Positions 39,620-52,430 of a DNA stretch of 64,000 nucleotides are shown in pieces; position 1 is the stretch's first letter; each line of letters opens with the position of its first letter. The stretch spans positions 67,971-131,970 of the forward strand of contig NW_015161468.1 in the NCBI RefSeq assembly GCF_001447785.1, given 5' to 3'. This stretch comes from Gekko japonicus. Its lineage: Eukaryota. The translations under genes were made by a program, and so were the position numbers. Under the pieces are notes generated by a model. It did no database searches and had not been told where the DNA came from. It was given only the letters and a program-made list of their open reading frames with translations.

Positions 39620-41224
39620 GGTAAAGATACTAAAAGATGTCCCCTGGAAAGTTAGAGAGAAGTGGCAAAACTATACAGTCTTAACAACATTATTAAGATC
39701 AAACGGAATTACATACAGATGGCTAGTACCCGAAGGAGTACTATTTAACCATGAAGGGAGAAGGCATAAATTAGATTCTGTATTTAAAGTGGAAGATTTC
39801 CTCAAAAGATTTGGAGAGAACCTAGGCTGGCAAGCAGGAGAAGAGAGTGAAATGGAGAAAGATACTACTGGATCAAAAACAGAAAAAAATGAAAAGGCCA
39901 GGTAAAAGAAGGGGAAAGGAATGCACTAACCTAATACCCTCACAAATACTTATAAGGTACCAATATAGAGCTAAAGAAAAGATTAGCAGCAACAAAGATG
40001 GAGAAAATGGGAAAGCTTAAAATTCTTTCGGTTAATGTGAACGGGCTTAACAGCCCACAAAAAAGGAGAAAAGTATTTCATCAAATAAATAAACTACAAA
40101 TGGAAGTTTCATGTATACAAGAGACCCACATCAGAAAGGACAATATAAACTACCTAACAGCTAAAAAACTGGGTATTTTATTCTACTCAGCTGACCTGAA
40201 AAAGAAAAGGGGTGTAGCCATCTATGTAAAAGAATATTTATGTCCAGAATTAATATATTCATCTAATGATGGCAGAATAGTCAAAGTTACAATATTAAGA
40301 CAGAACAAAAAGACACTAATCGCAAATATCTACGCTCCCAATCAAAATCAGGAAAAATTCTATAAATCAGTCTGAGAAATACTGGCAAGACAAAAATATG
40401 ACGAGTTATGTATCATAGGAGACTTTAATGCGGTTTTCAATGCTAAAATGGTCAGGAAAAATCAATCAAAAACCAAAAAATCAGGAAACACTCTTCCTAA
40501 AACTTTTTTTGTGTTAGCAGAGGAACAAAACTTAGTGAACGCAGGGAGAGTCAGAAACATAGAAAATAAGGACTTTACATATTACTCAGCTAGACATAAT
40601 TCATGATCCCAAATAGATATGGCCTGGATTTCAACTTCCATGGTGAATGAAATAGTAGAGATTGAAATATTACCCAACACATTTGCAGACCACAGTCCAT
40701 TAATGTTAACATTACAGGGGACACAGAAGAAGATAAGATGGACCATGAACAAAGAGCTGTTGCGGGACGAGGAGTTTGTTAGAAAAACCAAAATAGAGAT
40801 CCAAGAGTTTTTTAAAAGAAATATTCAACCAGATATGTCTATAGATAAAGTATGGGAGTCATTTAAAGCATTCATATGAGGCTGGTTCATTAACCAAGAT
40901 GCATGGAAAAAGAAGCAACCCCCCCCCCCAATATATACATTTGGGCAAACAAATTAAGAAAGAGGAAGACAGCCTGAAGAAAAGAAGTAACTCCAAAGAA
41001 TTAAAGATAAAACTGAGACTATTACAACATCAAGTGAACTTACTATTGACACAAGAGATAGCAAAGAACATAGAATTTACTAAACAATATTATTTTTAAA
41101 ATGCTAATAAACCAACCAGATTGATTAGTTTACAAATTAAGGAAAGAAAGAGAAAAGAAAATAATTAAATCATTAAGAAATAAAAAAAGGAGAAGAAAAA
41201 TATAACTTACAGGACTCTCCCCAG

Positions 41225-42265
41225 ATGCAAGCAAAACTCAGAAAAGTAATTGAGGCTAAAGGTTCCCAAATTTCTAAAACTACCTACCAGGAATTTAACA
41301 TACAGAGTGACCTTCTTACATGTTACAAGAGATTTGTCCAGGATTTTAAAACTATTCTATGTGAACCTAAAGGCCATTCCGCCACATCTTACAAGAAATC
41401 TAAACCCTGGTTTGATGTGGATTGCCAAAAAGCAAGAAAAGAGCTTTCTGCCATTTACTATCAGTTTAAAAATTCTTTGGGCAGAATTAATTCTGGCTGC
41501 CAAACAGAAAAACTGCTCCCTCTTTTGGCGATTGGTCACTGATTAAAAAAATATATATTCTCCCAGACTGATCCCCCAATACAGCCCTGCAAATGGGTTA
41601 CTTTTTTTGAGCAATTGTATAAAGTAGACTCTTCAGGCCTTATCCCCTCAGAGTGGAATACGGCAATAGTGGTCCCCATATTTAAAAAGGGCGCAAGAGA
41701 AGAGCCCGCAAATTATCTGCCTATTAGCCTTTTAAATATATGTAGCAAGTTATATGCTAAATACCATCTGGTAAAGCTTGAGGATTAGCTGATCCAAGAA
41801 AATGTAATTGTGACAGAGCAAGCTGGTTTTAGAGAGTTTAGATCCACTTTAGACCACTGCCTTACAATTCAACACCTTATAGAAAAATACGCTGCTAAAG
41901 GTCCTAATTCACTTTTTGCTGCTTTCATTGACTTGAAAGCGGCTTTTGATTCAATATCGAGGCCGAAATTGTGGGCCGGCTTAGAAGCTTCCTCAATTGA
42001 TAGAAGGCTCCTCTTTTTGTTGCGGCCTCTTCATGATAACACCCATTTGCAGGTTAGGCTTAACAGGAAAGGAAATCTATCGGACCCTATTAACACCTAT
42101 AGGGGAGTTAGGCAGGGTTGCATACTAGCCCCTTCCCTGTTTGATCTATTTATTAATGATATAGTAAGTTACTTAGACTCCCCCAGTTTACATCCACCAA
42201 AACTTTAACAGCAGCATGTGTCTATCTTACTGTATGCCGACGATGCTGTCATCTTAGCTAGAATA
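41225..42265 (+). mobile_element. RTE-X-like LINE fragment nested in the L1
   Basis: KPWFDVDC, EQAGFREFRSTLDH, FIDLKAAFD, GVRQGCILAP, YADD. Same clade as 10620-12605. Confidence 0.8.
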
Positions 42266-42401
42266 GGTATAGTAACAATTGATTGGCACAGTAATGAGAT
42301 AATACGGAGAACAAGAACAACTGTGAAAAAGTGACGCTTAATATATGTCTTTAAAGAATCATTAAAAAGTGAACAAAATAATATACATAATCATAGAAAA
42401 A

Positions 42402-42737
42402 TATATTGACGGTGATCTTTGGAATGTCTTGCCGTTTCATAAGAATGATATGCCGTTTTGTAAGATGATATGTATAAGTAATATGGAATGTGTATTACAA
42501 TAGAGCTTGTTGTATCTTATGGAAAATCTTCCTTGATAATTGTGAGACGTCACCAGAAGATATGAATTTCTGAGAGACATTTTTGTAAGGTTTCACTCTT
42601 TTTATTAATGATATTATAACAAGTTATATAATGTCCAGACTTTCAAAGATGTATATTGTTGTATTTATAAGGTCCTACATCTTTGTTCAGATCTTCCTTC
42701 GAAACGGCAAGACATTCCGGAGATCACCGTCAATATA
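42402..42737. mobile_element. MITE with ~45-bp TIRs and TA ends (Tc1/Mariner-like)
   Basis: tatattgacggtgatctttggaatgtcttgccgtttc ... gaaacggcaagacattccggagatcaccgtcaatata. Confidence 0.65.
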
Positions 42738-44868
42738 GACCTTGACAAAATTTGTAATCAATTTATCTGGCACAACAAGAAACCACGGATCAAACTGGAA
42801 CCTATACTACAAAGCAGCAGCATTAGGATCGATAAAGGAATGGATAATATTGGAGAACACAAGGATTTTAAAATTAGAAGGCCATAACCTATCAATGGGA
42901 TGGCACGCTTATATATGCTATGGAAAAGATAAAAAACACTCAGACTTTCAGCAACACATAATAAGAGGAGCTCTGATAAAAATCTGGAATGAAATAAAAG
43001 ATTGTTTCTATTTAAAATAAGTCTAAATGGGTATCACCATTAGAAGCTTTCATAAAACCAACATTGTTATCTACTGACAAATTAAAAAGCTACGAAATCT
43101 TACTTGATAAGAACAATAAATGGAAACCTGAAGAAAATCTCCATTCACAAAATATAAAATTAACTTGGTGGGGAAATGTCCAATTAAACACTAATTATAA
43201 TAAAGATAATAAAGAAGGTTTTTATAGGGGAAAAATGAGTTAGATAAGATTTGGCTCTCTTCAAATGATAAAATGATCCAAAAATTATATAACTTTCTGA
43301 TAGATTACTTTATGCTGGATGAAATAGTAAAAACATCAATGGTTACCTGGATGCAAGATTTAGGTCATAACATAGACTTAGAATCCTGGTCTACAATTCA
43401 GAAAATGGCAAAATTTATGAGAGCAATTCCCTATAAAGAAAATATCTATAAAATGTTTCACCGTTGGCACTGGTCGCCCAACAAAATAGCAAAATGTTAT
43501 CCAAATACAACAAATTATTGCTGGAAATGTAAATGCAATGTGGGAACTTTTTTCATATGTGGTGGAGGTGTGGAATAATTCAAAACTTTTGGCATAAAAT
43601 ATATGAAATAATAATAGAAATATTGAATATAGACTTACCGTTAACACCAGAAATCTTTCTACTAAACATGCTACCAAACAGTTGTAAAAAAACCAACACG
43701 ATTTGTATATAATAACGTATATTTTAACATCTGCCAGAATATTACTTGCTAAAAGTTGGAGATCTGATAAAACTCCTTCAAGAGAAGATTTAATACAGAG
43801 ATGGTTAGAAATTGCCGAAATGGACAGATTGAATATTATATTGCAAGGAAAGAATGAAGAACTGTATTTCCAAAGATGGTCTAGAGTTTATTCATGGTTA
43901 AATAATAAGCTGGAAAATTAGACTCAATAATATTGTATACCTAATGATAGCCATATTATGATACGTTATAAAATATAAATAAATATATATATATTTTTTA
44001 AAGAAGAGGGCTGTTTCCACTCACCACCCATGGAGCCTCAGCTGGCACTATGCTGAGCCATCGAGTGAGGTACACCCTGCTGTCCCGTCCCGTCCCCCCA
44101 TCCCCCCGGTATCCAACTGGGTTTTGGCAACACTCACCATGTCAGCCTTCTCATCCAGCATTAATTTGCAAACAGCAAAGGTCTGACCATGAACTGACCT
44201 GACGCTTAAGTCCATGTGAGGTGGAAGGAGGGCCAGAAGCCACACATCGCCACTGGGATGTCTCCTCTTTCCGCTCCATGGCCAAGGACAAGCCAACGCC
44301 CAAGACCTGCTGGAGTTTCACTTTGGTGTCTCCAACCACTTACAGCACCAACTCCAGCTAGGCCAGTTCCCCAGTCAGTACCTCCACCTGCTCCCATCCA
44401 AGCCTTCACCAGGTCCCCTTCGCTCCTGCTCACTGCACCCCTCCTCGGGGGGGGGGGGGGTTAAGCCGCCAAGTAGCTACCCTGCCAGGGTCCCCAGGGT
44501 GTGTGTGCGTGTTTGTGCTCCCCTTGCTGCTCTTGTCGTCTTCCCAAGTGGCTTGGATGTCTCCACACGGCAGAGATCCCAAACCTGACTCCAGCTACCC
44601 CCCCCGTCTCTTTCGGCATCAGCCAGCTGGTTTCCTCCTGGCTCCCTTCCGCTGCAGCCTTAAAGCTCCCCCCTCTCCACCTCTCTGCGCTTACTCCTGA
44701 GCAGAGCCTTCCCCCCAGAAGGAGCCCCAGGACTGGTGGCTCGTCCTCCCGCCCGCTCCCCCACTGCTCCCGCAGACCCAGGCAGCTCTTCCCTGGTGAG
44801 GGGTGCCGTCTTCCATAGGGCGGGGCCAGGGGCCAGGGGGCAAAAGCCCAACAGTATTGTGTGCTGAT

Positions 44869-45497
44869 TAGAGATGTGAAGGCCCAGAAAAAAACCGGAA
44901 AAATTCGGGGGAAACCCGTTTTTTTCCTGAAGCCTTTTTTGTTTTTTTCCGAAAAATTGGAAAAATTGAAAAAAGAAAAGAAAAAAATTGATTATGGAAC
45001 ATTTTATTTTAACCTGTTGAATAAAATATTTTAAGACAAGGTGTTCAAATATTCTCCAAATCATTTCTAATATATATATATATATATATGGTATCAGATT
45101 GCACTGAGGACAAGCAAGTCCTAGGTTACAAACTGAACTCTCCAATGAAAGAACAAGATGCATTTCTTCCTTTAGGAGGTGCTATTGTCACGAGAAAAGA
45201 AAAAGGTTTCAGTTTTGTTTTTGCATGTGGGTGGCTATTCTGTTTGTAATAACTGTTTGGGTACACTATATTTTTAATATGCTAATTGTGATAATTTCAT
45301 GCCAAGTAAAAATGTCCATAGTCATATTTTATGTTCCTAAAGTAACAGAATGACTTTCAATCTAGAAAAGACAAAAGAAGTGCTAATGTAGCATTTTTTT
45401 CAATTTTTCCAAAAATTTCCGTTTCCCCCCGAAAAAAACTGGAAAAAAACCAGGGTTTTTTCTGAGCTTCAAAATTTACGGAAATTTTACATCTCTA
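44869..45497. mobile_element. hAT-type non-autonomous DNA transposon
   Basis: TIR tagagatgt...acatctcta with perfect 8-bp TSD gtgctgat. Confidence 0.88.
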
Positions 45498-47459
45498 GTG
45501 CTGATCATGATGTAGGATGGTTGTTATTAAATGAAAAATGGTCCAGCAACACGTATTTCCCCCATGAAATGCTGAAAGAAGGGCTGGCAATTTGGGTGCC
45601 CCCTTCCCTGGACTATTCCCTTCCCACCACATCTCCCCTTGCCCCTGGGCACAAGAGAGGCCCCCACACTCTCGCCCTTCAGTCCAAAGAGCCCGCAGGG
45701 ACAGGGGAACCAAGGCCGGAGGGTCGTAGGCTTCCTCTGGGAAAGGAACTGTGCCAGATCCAGTACCTTGGACAAGGCTGCCTCAGTGGGAAAGCATTTG
45801 CAGGTTCAGTTTCCCGAATCTCCACTTAAGAGGTCAAGAAGGTGATGTGGAAAACCTCAGCGCTGGCCAACCGCTGCCAGTCAGAGGCAAAGCTGGTGTT
45901 CTGGGCTGGGGGCAGCCCACCCTGAGCCAGGGCCATGCCCCCCCCCAGCGCTGCTCAGACTTCTGACTCCCCAACCACCTGCTCTTGTCCTCCCCTGCCA
46001 CCCTCCACTCCTCGCGCCCTTCTTTGCTATGGGGAATGCATCCAGATGGTGGCTCCAGATGGTGGCAGCGCACCATTCATGTGACCTCCCTCTGGTGGAG
46101 GAAAAAGTGCTGGACAGCCATGGGGGTGGGCAGCAGGAGGGCTTGTGAGCAGGCAGGGGAGGGCAGGGTCACAAGCAGGGTGTGCGGCGGGGGAGCAGCA
46201 GCAGGCCCTCGCCGCCCGGGGCCCCTCTAAACCTTGAACTGGCCCCGGTGACTTGGCAGCTGCGGGGATCCACTTCACAGTGGCACAGAGGCAAAACCTT
46301 ACTAAAGCAGAGTCTCAGGGCTGTATAAAGACCCCCATTCCCTGGAAGTAATTCAGTCTACATTTCTCAGATATATATTTGGTGCCTTCGCTGTGTTTTT
46401 AATGCCCTCCTCACAACAGAGTCAGGGATGGTGTCACTAGATGCATGCAAAGGGTACCCATTGGCATGCTTTGGCTAAGTTAAAGTTGAACCCTCTTGAA
46501 TTAGCTCCTTTAACTCTCTCAGATAATTTTAATTCTGGCTGGGCAGAAGCTCTTGAGAAGAAATTGCAATATTATGGGTTTGCTCCTCCAGGTCTCGGCC
46601 CTCTTGGGAGCTAACAAAACACTCAGGCAAAGTATCTGGAATACAGCCCTTCAAATGGATGGAGCCCAGGAGGTCCACTCTTGTGCGGTGGACAGGGACT
46701 CAGGACCAGAGACGTGCCCCAGAGAATTACCGCTCTGCCTCAGATCAGGTTGCCCCGAGTGAGGTATGGGGCTGTGCAGCAACAGCCCCGTCAGAGGGAG
46801 CGGCCCACAGAGCACGTGCCAGAGAGAGAGAGAGAGCTCCTGCCACGGGGCATTCTGGCCCCACCACTCAGGTCCTGCTCAGATCTCCTCTGGGGGCCTC
46901 TCTTCTCACTCTGTTTCTCACCCACATCCAGGCAGGAGAGATGATACTGCAAAAGGCATTCATGGCAGAGACAAATCAAAACCCATGGGTAGTTTCTCCC
47001 TGACCTGAGAGGAAAGCACCAATCAAGAGCCAAGAGGCCAAGTGTGTGGCTCTTGACAGTGGGGGGGGGGGAGAAGAAAACCAATTGTTCCAAGTGTCAG
47101 CAGGGAGGGGGACTCTGAAAGAATCACATGATCCTCAAAGAGTGTGATGTCACAGGATAAAGGGTAGGGAGCCGGACCAGGTATCCATAATGCGGTCCAT
47201 CCCCTTCCCCCGTACATCCGCAGTGCAGGAGAAATGGCACCAGGGCCTGTGATGGGCCACACAGCAGAGAATCGCTCAGACGGCATCATTGTGGGCCAGG
47301 GCCCATCAGCATTGATTGCACTCTGTGCCTCCTCGCTACTCGGTTGCTGATATCCGGGTGAAAAAGGACAGGTGAAAAAGGCAATACTGGTGAAAAAGGA
47401 CAGGTCTGGATATTCCAGCTCACTTGGCCTCTGTGCAGGCTACTTGCAGAGTCCTGGAG

Positions 47460-48513
47460 ATGGGAGTAAGCAGTGAAGTGACTAAATTTGCGGATGATAC
47501 AAAGTTGTTCAGGGTGGTGAAAACCAGGGAGGATTGTGAGGCACTCCAAAGGGATCTGTCAAAGATGGGCGAGTGGGCGTCAACATGGCAAATGGGGTTC
47601 AGTGTGGCCAAGTGCAAGGTGATGCACATTGGAGCCAAAAATCCTAAATATAAATACACATTGATGGGGTCTGAACTGGCAGAGACTGATCAAGAGAGAG
47701 ATCTTGGAGTTGTAGTGGATAACTCGCTGAAAATGTCGAGACAGTGTGTGACTGCAATAAAGAAGGCCAATGCTATGCTGGGGATTATTAGGAAGGGTAT
47801 TGTAAACAGATCAGCCAATATCATAATGCCCCTATATAAATCAATGGTGCGACCTCATCTGGAATACTGTGTGCAATTCTGGTCACCACACCTTAAAAAG
47901 GATATTATAGCTTTGGAAAAAGTGCAGAAAAGGGCAACTAGAATGATAAAAGGGTTGGAACACTTTCCCTATGAGGAAAGGTTAAAGCGCTTAGGGCTCT
48001 TTAGCTTGGAGAAAAGACGACTGAGGGGTGACATGATCGAGGTTTATAAGATTATGAATGGGAAAGAGCAGGTAGAGAAAGAGGTACTTTTCTCCCTTTC
48101 TCACAATACAAGAACTCGTGGGCACTCCATGAAACTGCAGAGCGGTCGGGTTAGAACAGATAAAAGGAAATACTTCTTCACCCAAAGAGTGATTAACACA
48201 TGGAATTCACTGCCACAGGAAGTGGTGGCGGCTACAAGCATGGACGGCTTCAAAAGGGAATTAGATAAGCATATGGAGCAGAGGTCCATCAGTGGCTATT
48301 AGCCACAAGGTATAGCTAGGGGCTCTGGGGCAAGTGATGCTCTGTCTTCTTGGTGCTTGGGGGGGGGGTCAACAGTGGGAGGGCTTCTAATGTCCTGGCC
48401 CCACTGCTGGACCTCCTGATGGCACTGGTATTTCTGGCCACTGTGTGACACAGAGTGTTGGACTGGATGGGCCTTTGGCCTGATCCAACATTGGCGTCTC
48501 TTATGTTCTTATG
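47460..48513 (+). mobile_element. Young 5'-truncated CR1 LINE
   Basis: Uninterrupted ORF2 C-terminal ~280 codons (KFADDTKL...RPHLEYCVQFWSP...WNSLP) to 48302, then UTR and ttatgttc tail. Confidence 0.95.
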
Positions 48514-48536
48514 TCCCTTCTTCAAGGCGGCACAAG

Positions 48537-48699
48537 CCCACTGGGGAGGGAGATCCAGCATTGTCCAATCCACTGGTTTTTGCAAAAGCCTACATTTGTA
48601 GCCTTTTGATACTGTCCATGGGGTTTTCAAAAGGCTACAAATGTAGGCTTTTGCAAAAACCAATGGATTGGACAATGCTGGATCTCCCTCCCCAATGGG
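48537..48699. repeat. Near-perfect 73-bp-arm palindrome
   Basis: 48537-48609 is the reverse complement of 48627-48699 with about 2 mismatches and a 17-nt spacer. Confidence 0.92.
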
Positions 48700-49061
48700 T
48701 GCTGGAGAAGACTCCTGAGAGTCCCTGGGACTGCAAGAAGATCCAATCAGTCAATCCTAAAAGAAATCAACCCTGACTGTTCCCTGGAAGGCCAGATAAT
48801 GAAACTGAAGCTCAAATACTTTGGCCACCCAATGAGAAGGGAGCACTCACTGGAGAAGAAGACCCTGATGCTGGGAAAGATTGAAGGTCAAAGAAGACGG
48901 GGACGGCAAAGGATGAGATGGTTGGACAGTGTCATAGATGCAACGAACATGAAGTTGGGCAAACTTCGGAGGACGGCGGAAGACAGGAGGGCCTGGCGTG
49001 ATCTGGTCCATGGGGTTGTGAAGAGTCGGACTCGACTGTGCGACTGAACAACAACAGCAAC
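48700..49061 (+). mobile_element. BovB (RTE) LINE 3' end
   Basis: LKLKYFGH.MRR..SLEK.LMLGKIEG.RRRGRQRMRWLD, with a (caa)n tail. Confidence 0.92.
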
Positions 49062-50016
49062 ATTTCTAGCAGTAGACTGATTATATAATTGCCTCTTTTG
49101 CTGTTCATGCCTGTTTTCTGAAGTCTGTAAGATCATGCATTTCTCAGCTCTCAATGAACTCTGGTTGCATGAGATGTACTTAAATCTCTGACAGTTAATT
49201 GAAACAGAAAAAGTAGATTAATTGCCTTTTAATAGAGATTTAAGAGTTTCGTTTGGCTTTCTTATCTTGCTTTAGAAAAGACAATACATATCAGATGTAC
49301 TCCCATGCAGCTGTTTATCTCATAGGCACCTGTTGAATGTGTCATACATAGTTAAGAACTAGAGAGTAATCACATGATTAAGAAATTCCTGGAGATTTTG
49401 GGGGTGGAACCTGGGGAGGGTGGGGATTGGGAAGGGGGAGGGACTTCAGCCAGAGAGTCCACCTGTCAGCTACGCTGCCATTGTAAAGGGGGGGAGGCAG
49501 GGGGCCGCTGGGTGAACCTCTTAATGTGCTGGAATGTGAACTTTCATTTCTTTCACTGCGCCTTATCTCTTAGCTGGGCTTCTGACCCTGGTACCTCGTC
49601 CCCGTTGCTTTGCTGGGAACCTGAACCCGTTAGTTTAGGCGTGTTGCAGCTCATCCTCTGACTGGCCCAAGTCCATCAGGGGGCCCCACTTTCAATCCTG
49701 TATATCTCCCCCTCTCCCGCCCTCGTAGTTTGATCTAACACTGAACGTGTGCACAGATGACCTGCCTTGACTGCACTCGATACTTTACTCTGCTTCATAA
49801 ACTTGATACTGCTGAAGGAACGTTGTTGAGACTGATTGCCCTGGGACTCTGACACCACCTTCCAAAGCAGCCATTTTCTCCAGGGGAACTGGTCTCTATT
49901 GCCTGGGGAGCAGCTGCAATTCCGGGAGAGCTCCAGCCACCACCTGGAGACTGGCAACCCCACCCCATCCTTCCATGTAGTTTAAATCTGTCTTACAAAT
50001 AGTGCAGTTATAATTA

Positions 50017-50248
50017 AGGTAAAGGTAAAGGTTCCCTTGCTCGAAAGCCAGTCGAGTCCGACTCTAAGGTTGCGGTGCTCATCTCTGCTTCAAAGCCAAA
50101 GAGCCAGCACTGTCCGAAGACGTTTCCGTGGTCATGTGGCCGGCATGACTAAACCCCAAGGCGCACGCAATGCTGTTTCCTTCCCACCGAAGTGGTACCT
50201 ATTTATCTACTTGCAGTTTCTTGCTTTCAAACTGCTAGGTTGGCAGGA
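50017..50248 (-). mobile_element. Sauria SINE, partial
   Basis: aaggtaaaggtaaaggt tail and the core shared with 30323-30668. Confidence 0.85.
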
Positions 50249-50879
50249 TTATAATGAAGATATAGCAAAAGCCACACACAGCCAATTTGGAAGACCAGAG
50301 TAACGCTCACAGCAATACAACAGTGTATCAAAATCAGGCTATTCATCAAATGGCTTTTCTGAACAGGACAATGATTTGGATCCAAACAGGAATTTTCTGG
50401 ACACCCGTTCTGTAAGGCCAAGCCCCATGAGGAAAGGCTGAGGGATTTGGGAACGTTCTGTCGGGAGAAGAGGAGATATGGGGGGGGGGGATTGCTCTCC
50501 TGAAGTATCTGAAGGGCTGTGTCCCTTAGAGGAGGGCAGGGAGCTGTTCCCGTTGGCAGCAGAGGAGAGGACTCCCAACGATCGGTTCAAATTATGGGTG
50601 GGAAGGTAGTAGGGATAGTAGGGAAACAGTTTCGACAGTAAGAGTCGTTCAGCACTGGAATGAGCCCCTGAGGAGTGTGTGTGTGTGTGTGACTTCCCCT
50701 GCCCCAGCGGCTGGATGGGCCCTTGCCAGGGACGCTTTTGGCTGATCCAGCACTGAGGGAGGAATTCGACTAGAGGGCCGCCTGGTCCCTTCCTTCCCCC
50801 TCTGAGATTCCAGGGTTCTCTTCCCAGGCTGCAAGTGCTTGGAGCCCCCCACGCCTTCTCCCTCCTGGTTCCGCAACCA

Positions 50880-51308
50880 CCAGCGCGCTTACATGGGGAG
50901 CGCTGTCGCGGAAGAGCTCTGTGAAATCCCCAAATGTGCAAATAAAAATTAAATGACTAAACCGTTCGCGGGGAGGGCGGGATGATGATGATAATAATAA
51001 TAGTAATAAAAAACTTTAAACAAAGCTTGTGCAAATATCTGCCCCAAGTCAGCTTTGTTCCGGACTACGCTGTCCTGTCAAAGTAGCCTCCCCACGCCTT
51101 TTCTTCTCTCTCTTCTCCCCCCCCCCGCCTAGAGGGCCGGAGGCTTGTCCGAAGCAGGGCGGGGGTCTCCGGAGGGCGCTCCCAGAAGCGGGGCTCTGCC
51201 GGGCTTCGTGAAGAGGCCGCCGTTTGGCGAAGCGCCCCCGGGGAGGCCCCGGCCGCCGTCGGACCTCGCCTCTCCGCCCCCCGCCCCGGCCGCCCCGCGG
51301 AAGTGGCT
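50880..51308. promoter_or_regulatory. CpG-island-like segment, candidate internal promoter
   Basis: Very GC/CpG-rich, not matching the repeats seen elsewhere in the window. Several GC boxes (ccgccc/gggcgg) and an ETS-like cggaagtg. It runs into the gap. Confidence 0.5.
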
Positions 51309-52053
51309 NNNNNNNNNNNNNNNNNNNNNNNNNNNNNNNNNNNNNNNNNNNNNNNNNNNNNNNNNNNNNNNNNNNNNNNNNNNNNNNNNNNNNNNNNNNN
51401 NNNNNNNNNNNNNNNNNNNNNNNNNNNNNNNNNNNNNNNNNNNNNNNNNNNNNNNNNNNNNNNNNNNNNNNNNNNNNNNNNNNNNNNNNNNNNNNNNNNN
51501 NNNNNNNNNNNNNNNNNNNNNNNNNNNNNNNNNNNNNNNNNNNNNNNNNNNNNNNNNNNNNNNNNNNNNNNNNNNNNNNNNNNNNNNNNNNNNNNNNNNN
51601 NNNNNNNNNNNNNNNNNNNNNNNNNNNNNNNNNNNNNNNNNNNNNNNNNNNNNNNNNNNNNNNNNNNNNNNNNNNNNNNNNNNNNNNNNNNNNNNNNNNN
51701 NNNNNNNNNNNNNNNNNNNNNNNNNNNNNNNNNNNNNNNNNNNNNNNNNNNNNNNNNNNNNNNNNNNNNNNNNNNNNNNNNNNNNNNNNNNNNNNNNNNN
51801 NNNNNNNNNNNNNNNNNNNNNNNNNNNNNNNNNNNNNNNNNNNNNNNNNNNNNNNNNNNNNNNNNNNNNNNNNNNNNNNNNNNNNNNNNNNNNNNNNNNN
51901 NNNNNNNNNNNNNNNNNNNNNNNNNNNNNNNNNNNNNNNNNNNNNNNNNNNNNNNNNNNNNNNNNNNNNNNNNNNNNNNNNNNNNNNNNNNNNNNNNNNN
52001 NNNNNNNNNNNNNNNNNNNNNNNNNNNNNNNNNNNNNNNNNNNNNNNNNNNNN
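51309..52053. other. Assembly gap
   Basis: Run of N. Confidence 1.
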
Positions 52054-52224
52054 TATCGGCCTGCTGCTTCAAGCTGGCTGGCTGGAAGCCTTCCTCCCCC
52101 CCAAAAAACCCCCCCAAAAGGTGTTCCAAAGGGGTGGTCCCCCCCCCCTATTCTGCCACCCTCATTTTGCATTCTTCTGCAAGCACATTGACCTGATTTT
52201 CTGGCCCCAGGGCTGCATCTCAAT

Positions 52225-52430
52225 CAGTGTTCCCTCTAAGTTGAGTTAGTGTGAGCTAGCTCACAGGTTTCTAGCCTCTGGCTCACACATTTTTGTCCTA
52301 GCTCAGGAAGGAGGGCTCCAGAACAAACTGATTTATGCAGCAGCCGAATTGCTCGTTCACAGCTTTAATGCCAGGAGCTCACAAAGTGGAAACTTTGCTC
52401 ACAGAACTCCACAGCTTAGAGGGAGCACTG
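52225..52430. mobile_element. hAT-type MITE
   Basis: TIR cagtgttccctctaag...cttagagggagcactg with 8-bp TSD atctcaat. Confidence 0.9.

Larger units (their letters stand above)
37690..43990 (+). mobile_element. Disrupted near-full-length L1-clade LINE
   Basis: Coiled-coil/RRM ORF1 (38445-39930, split by an insertion), APE endonuclease (SVNVNGLN, IQETH, NIYAPN, 39998 onward), Cys-rich C-terminus (KMFHRWH, CWKC, 43273-43921), aataaa tail. Its own RT region is missing. The 5' boundary is approximate. Confidence 0.85.

Noticed and set aside
47424-48302. 292-aa intact ORF as a possible host gene
   Set aside because: It is the C-terminus of CR1 ORF2, 5'-truncated.
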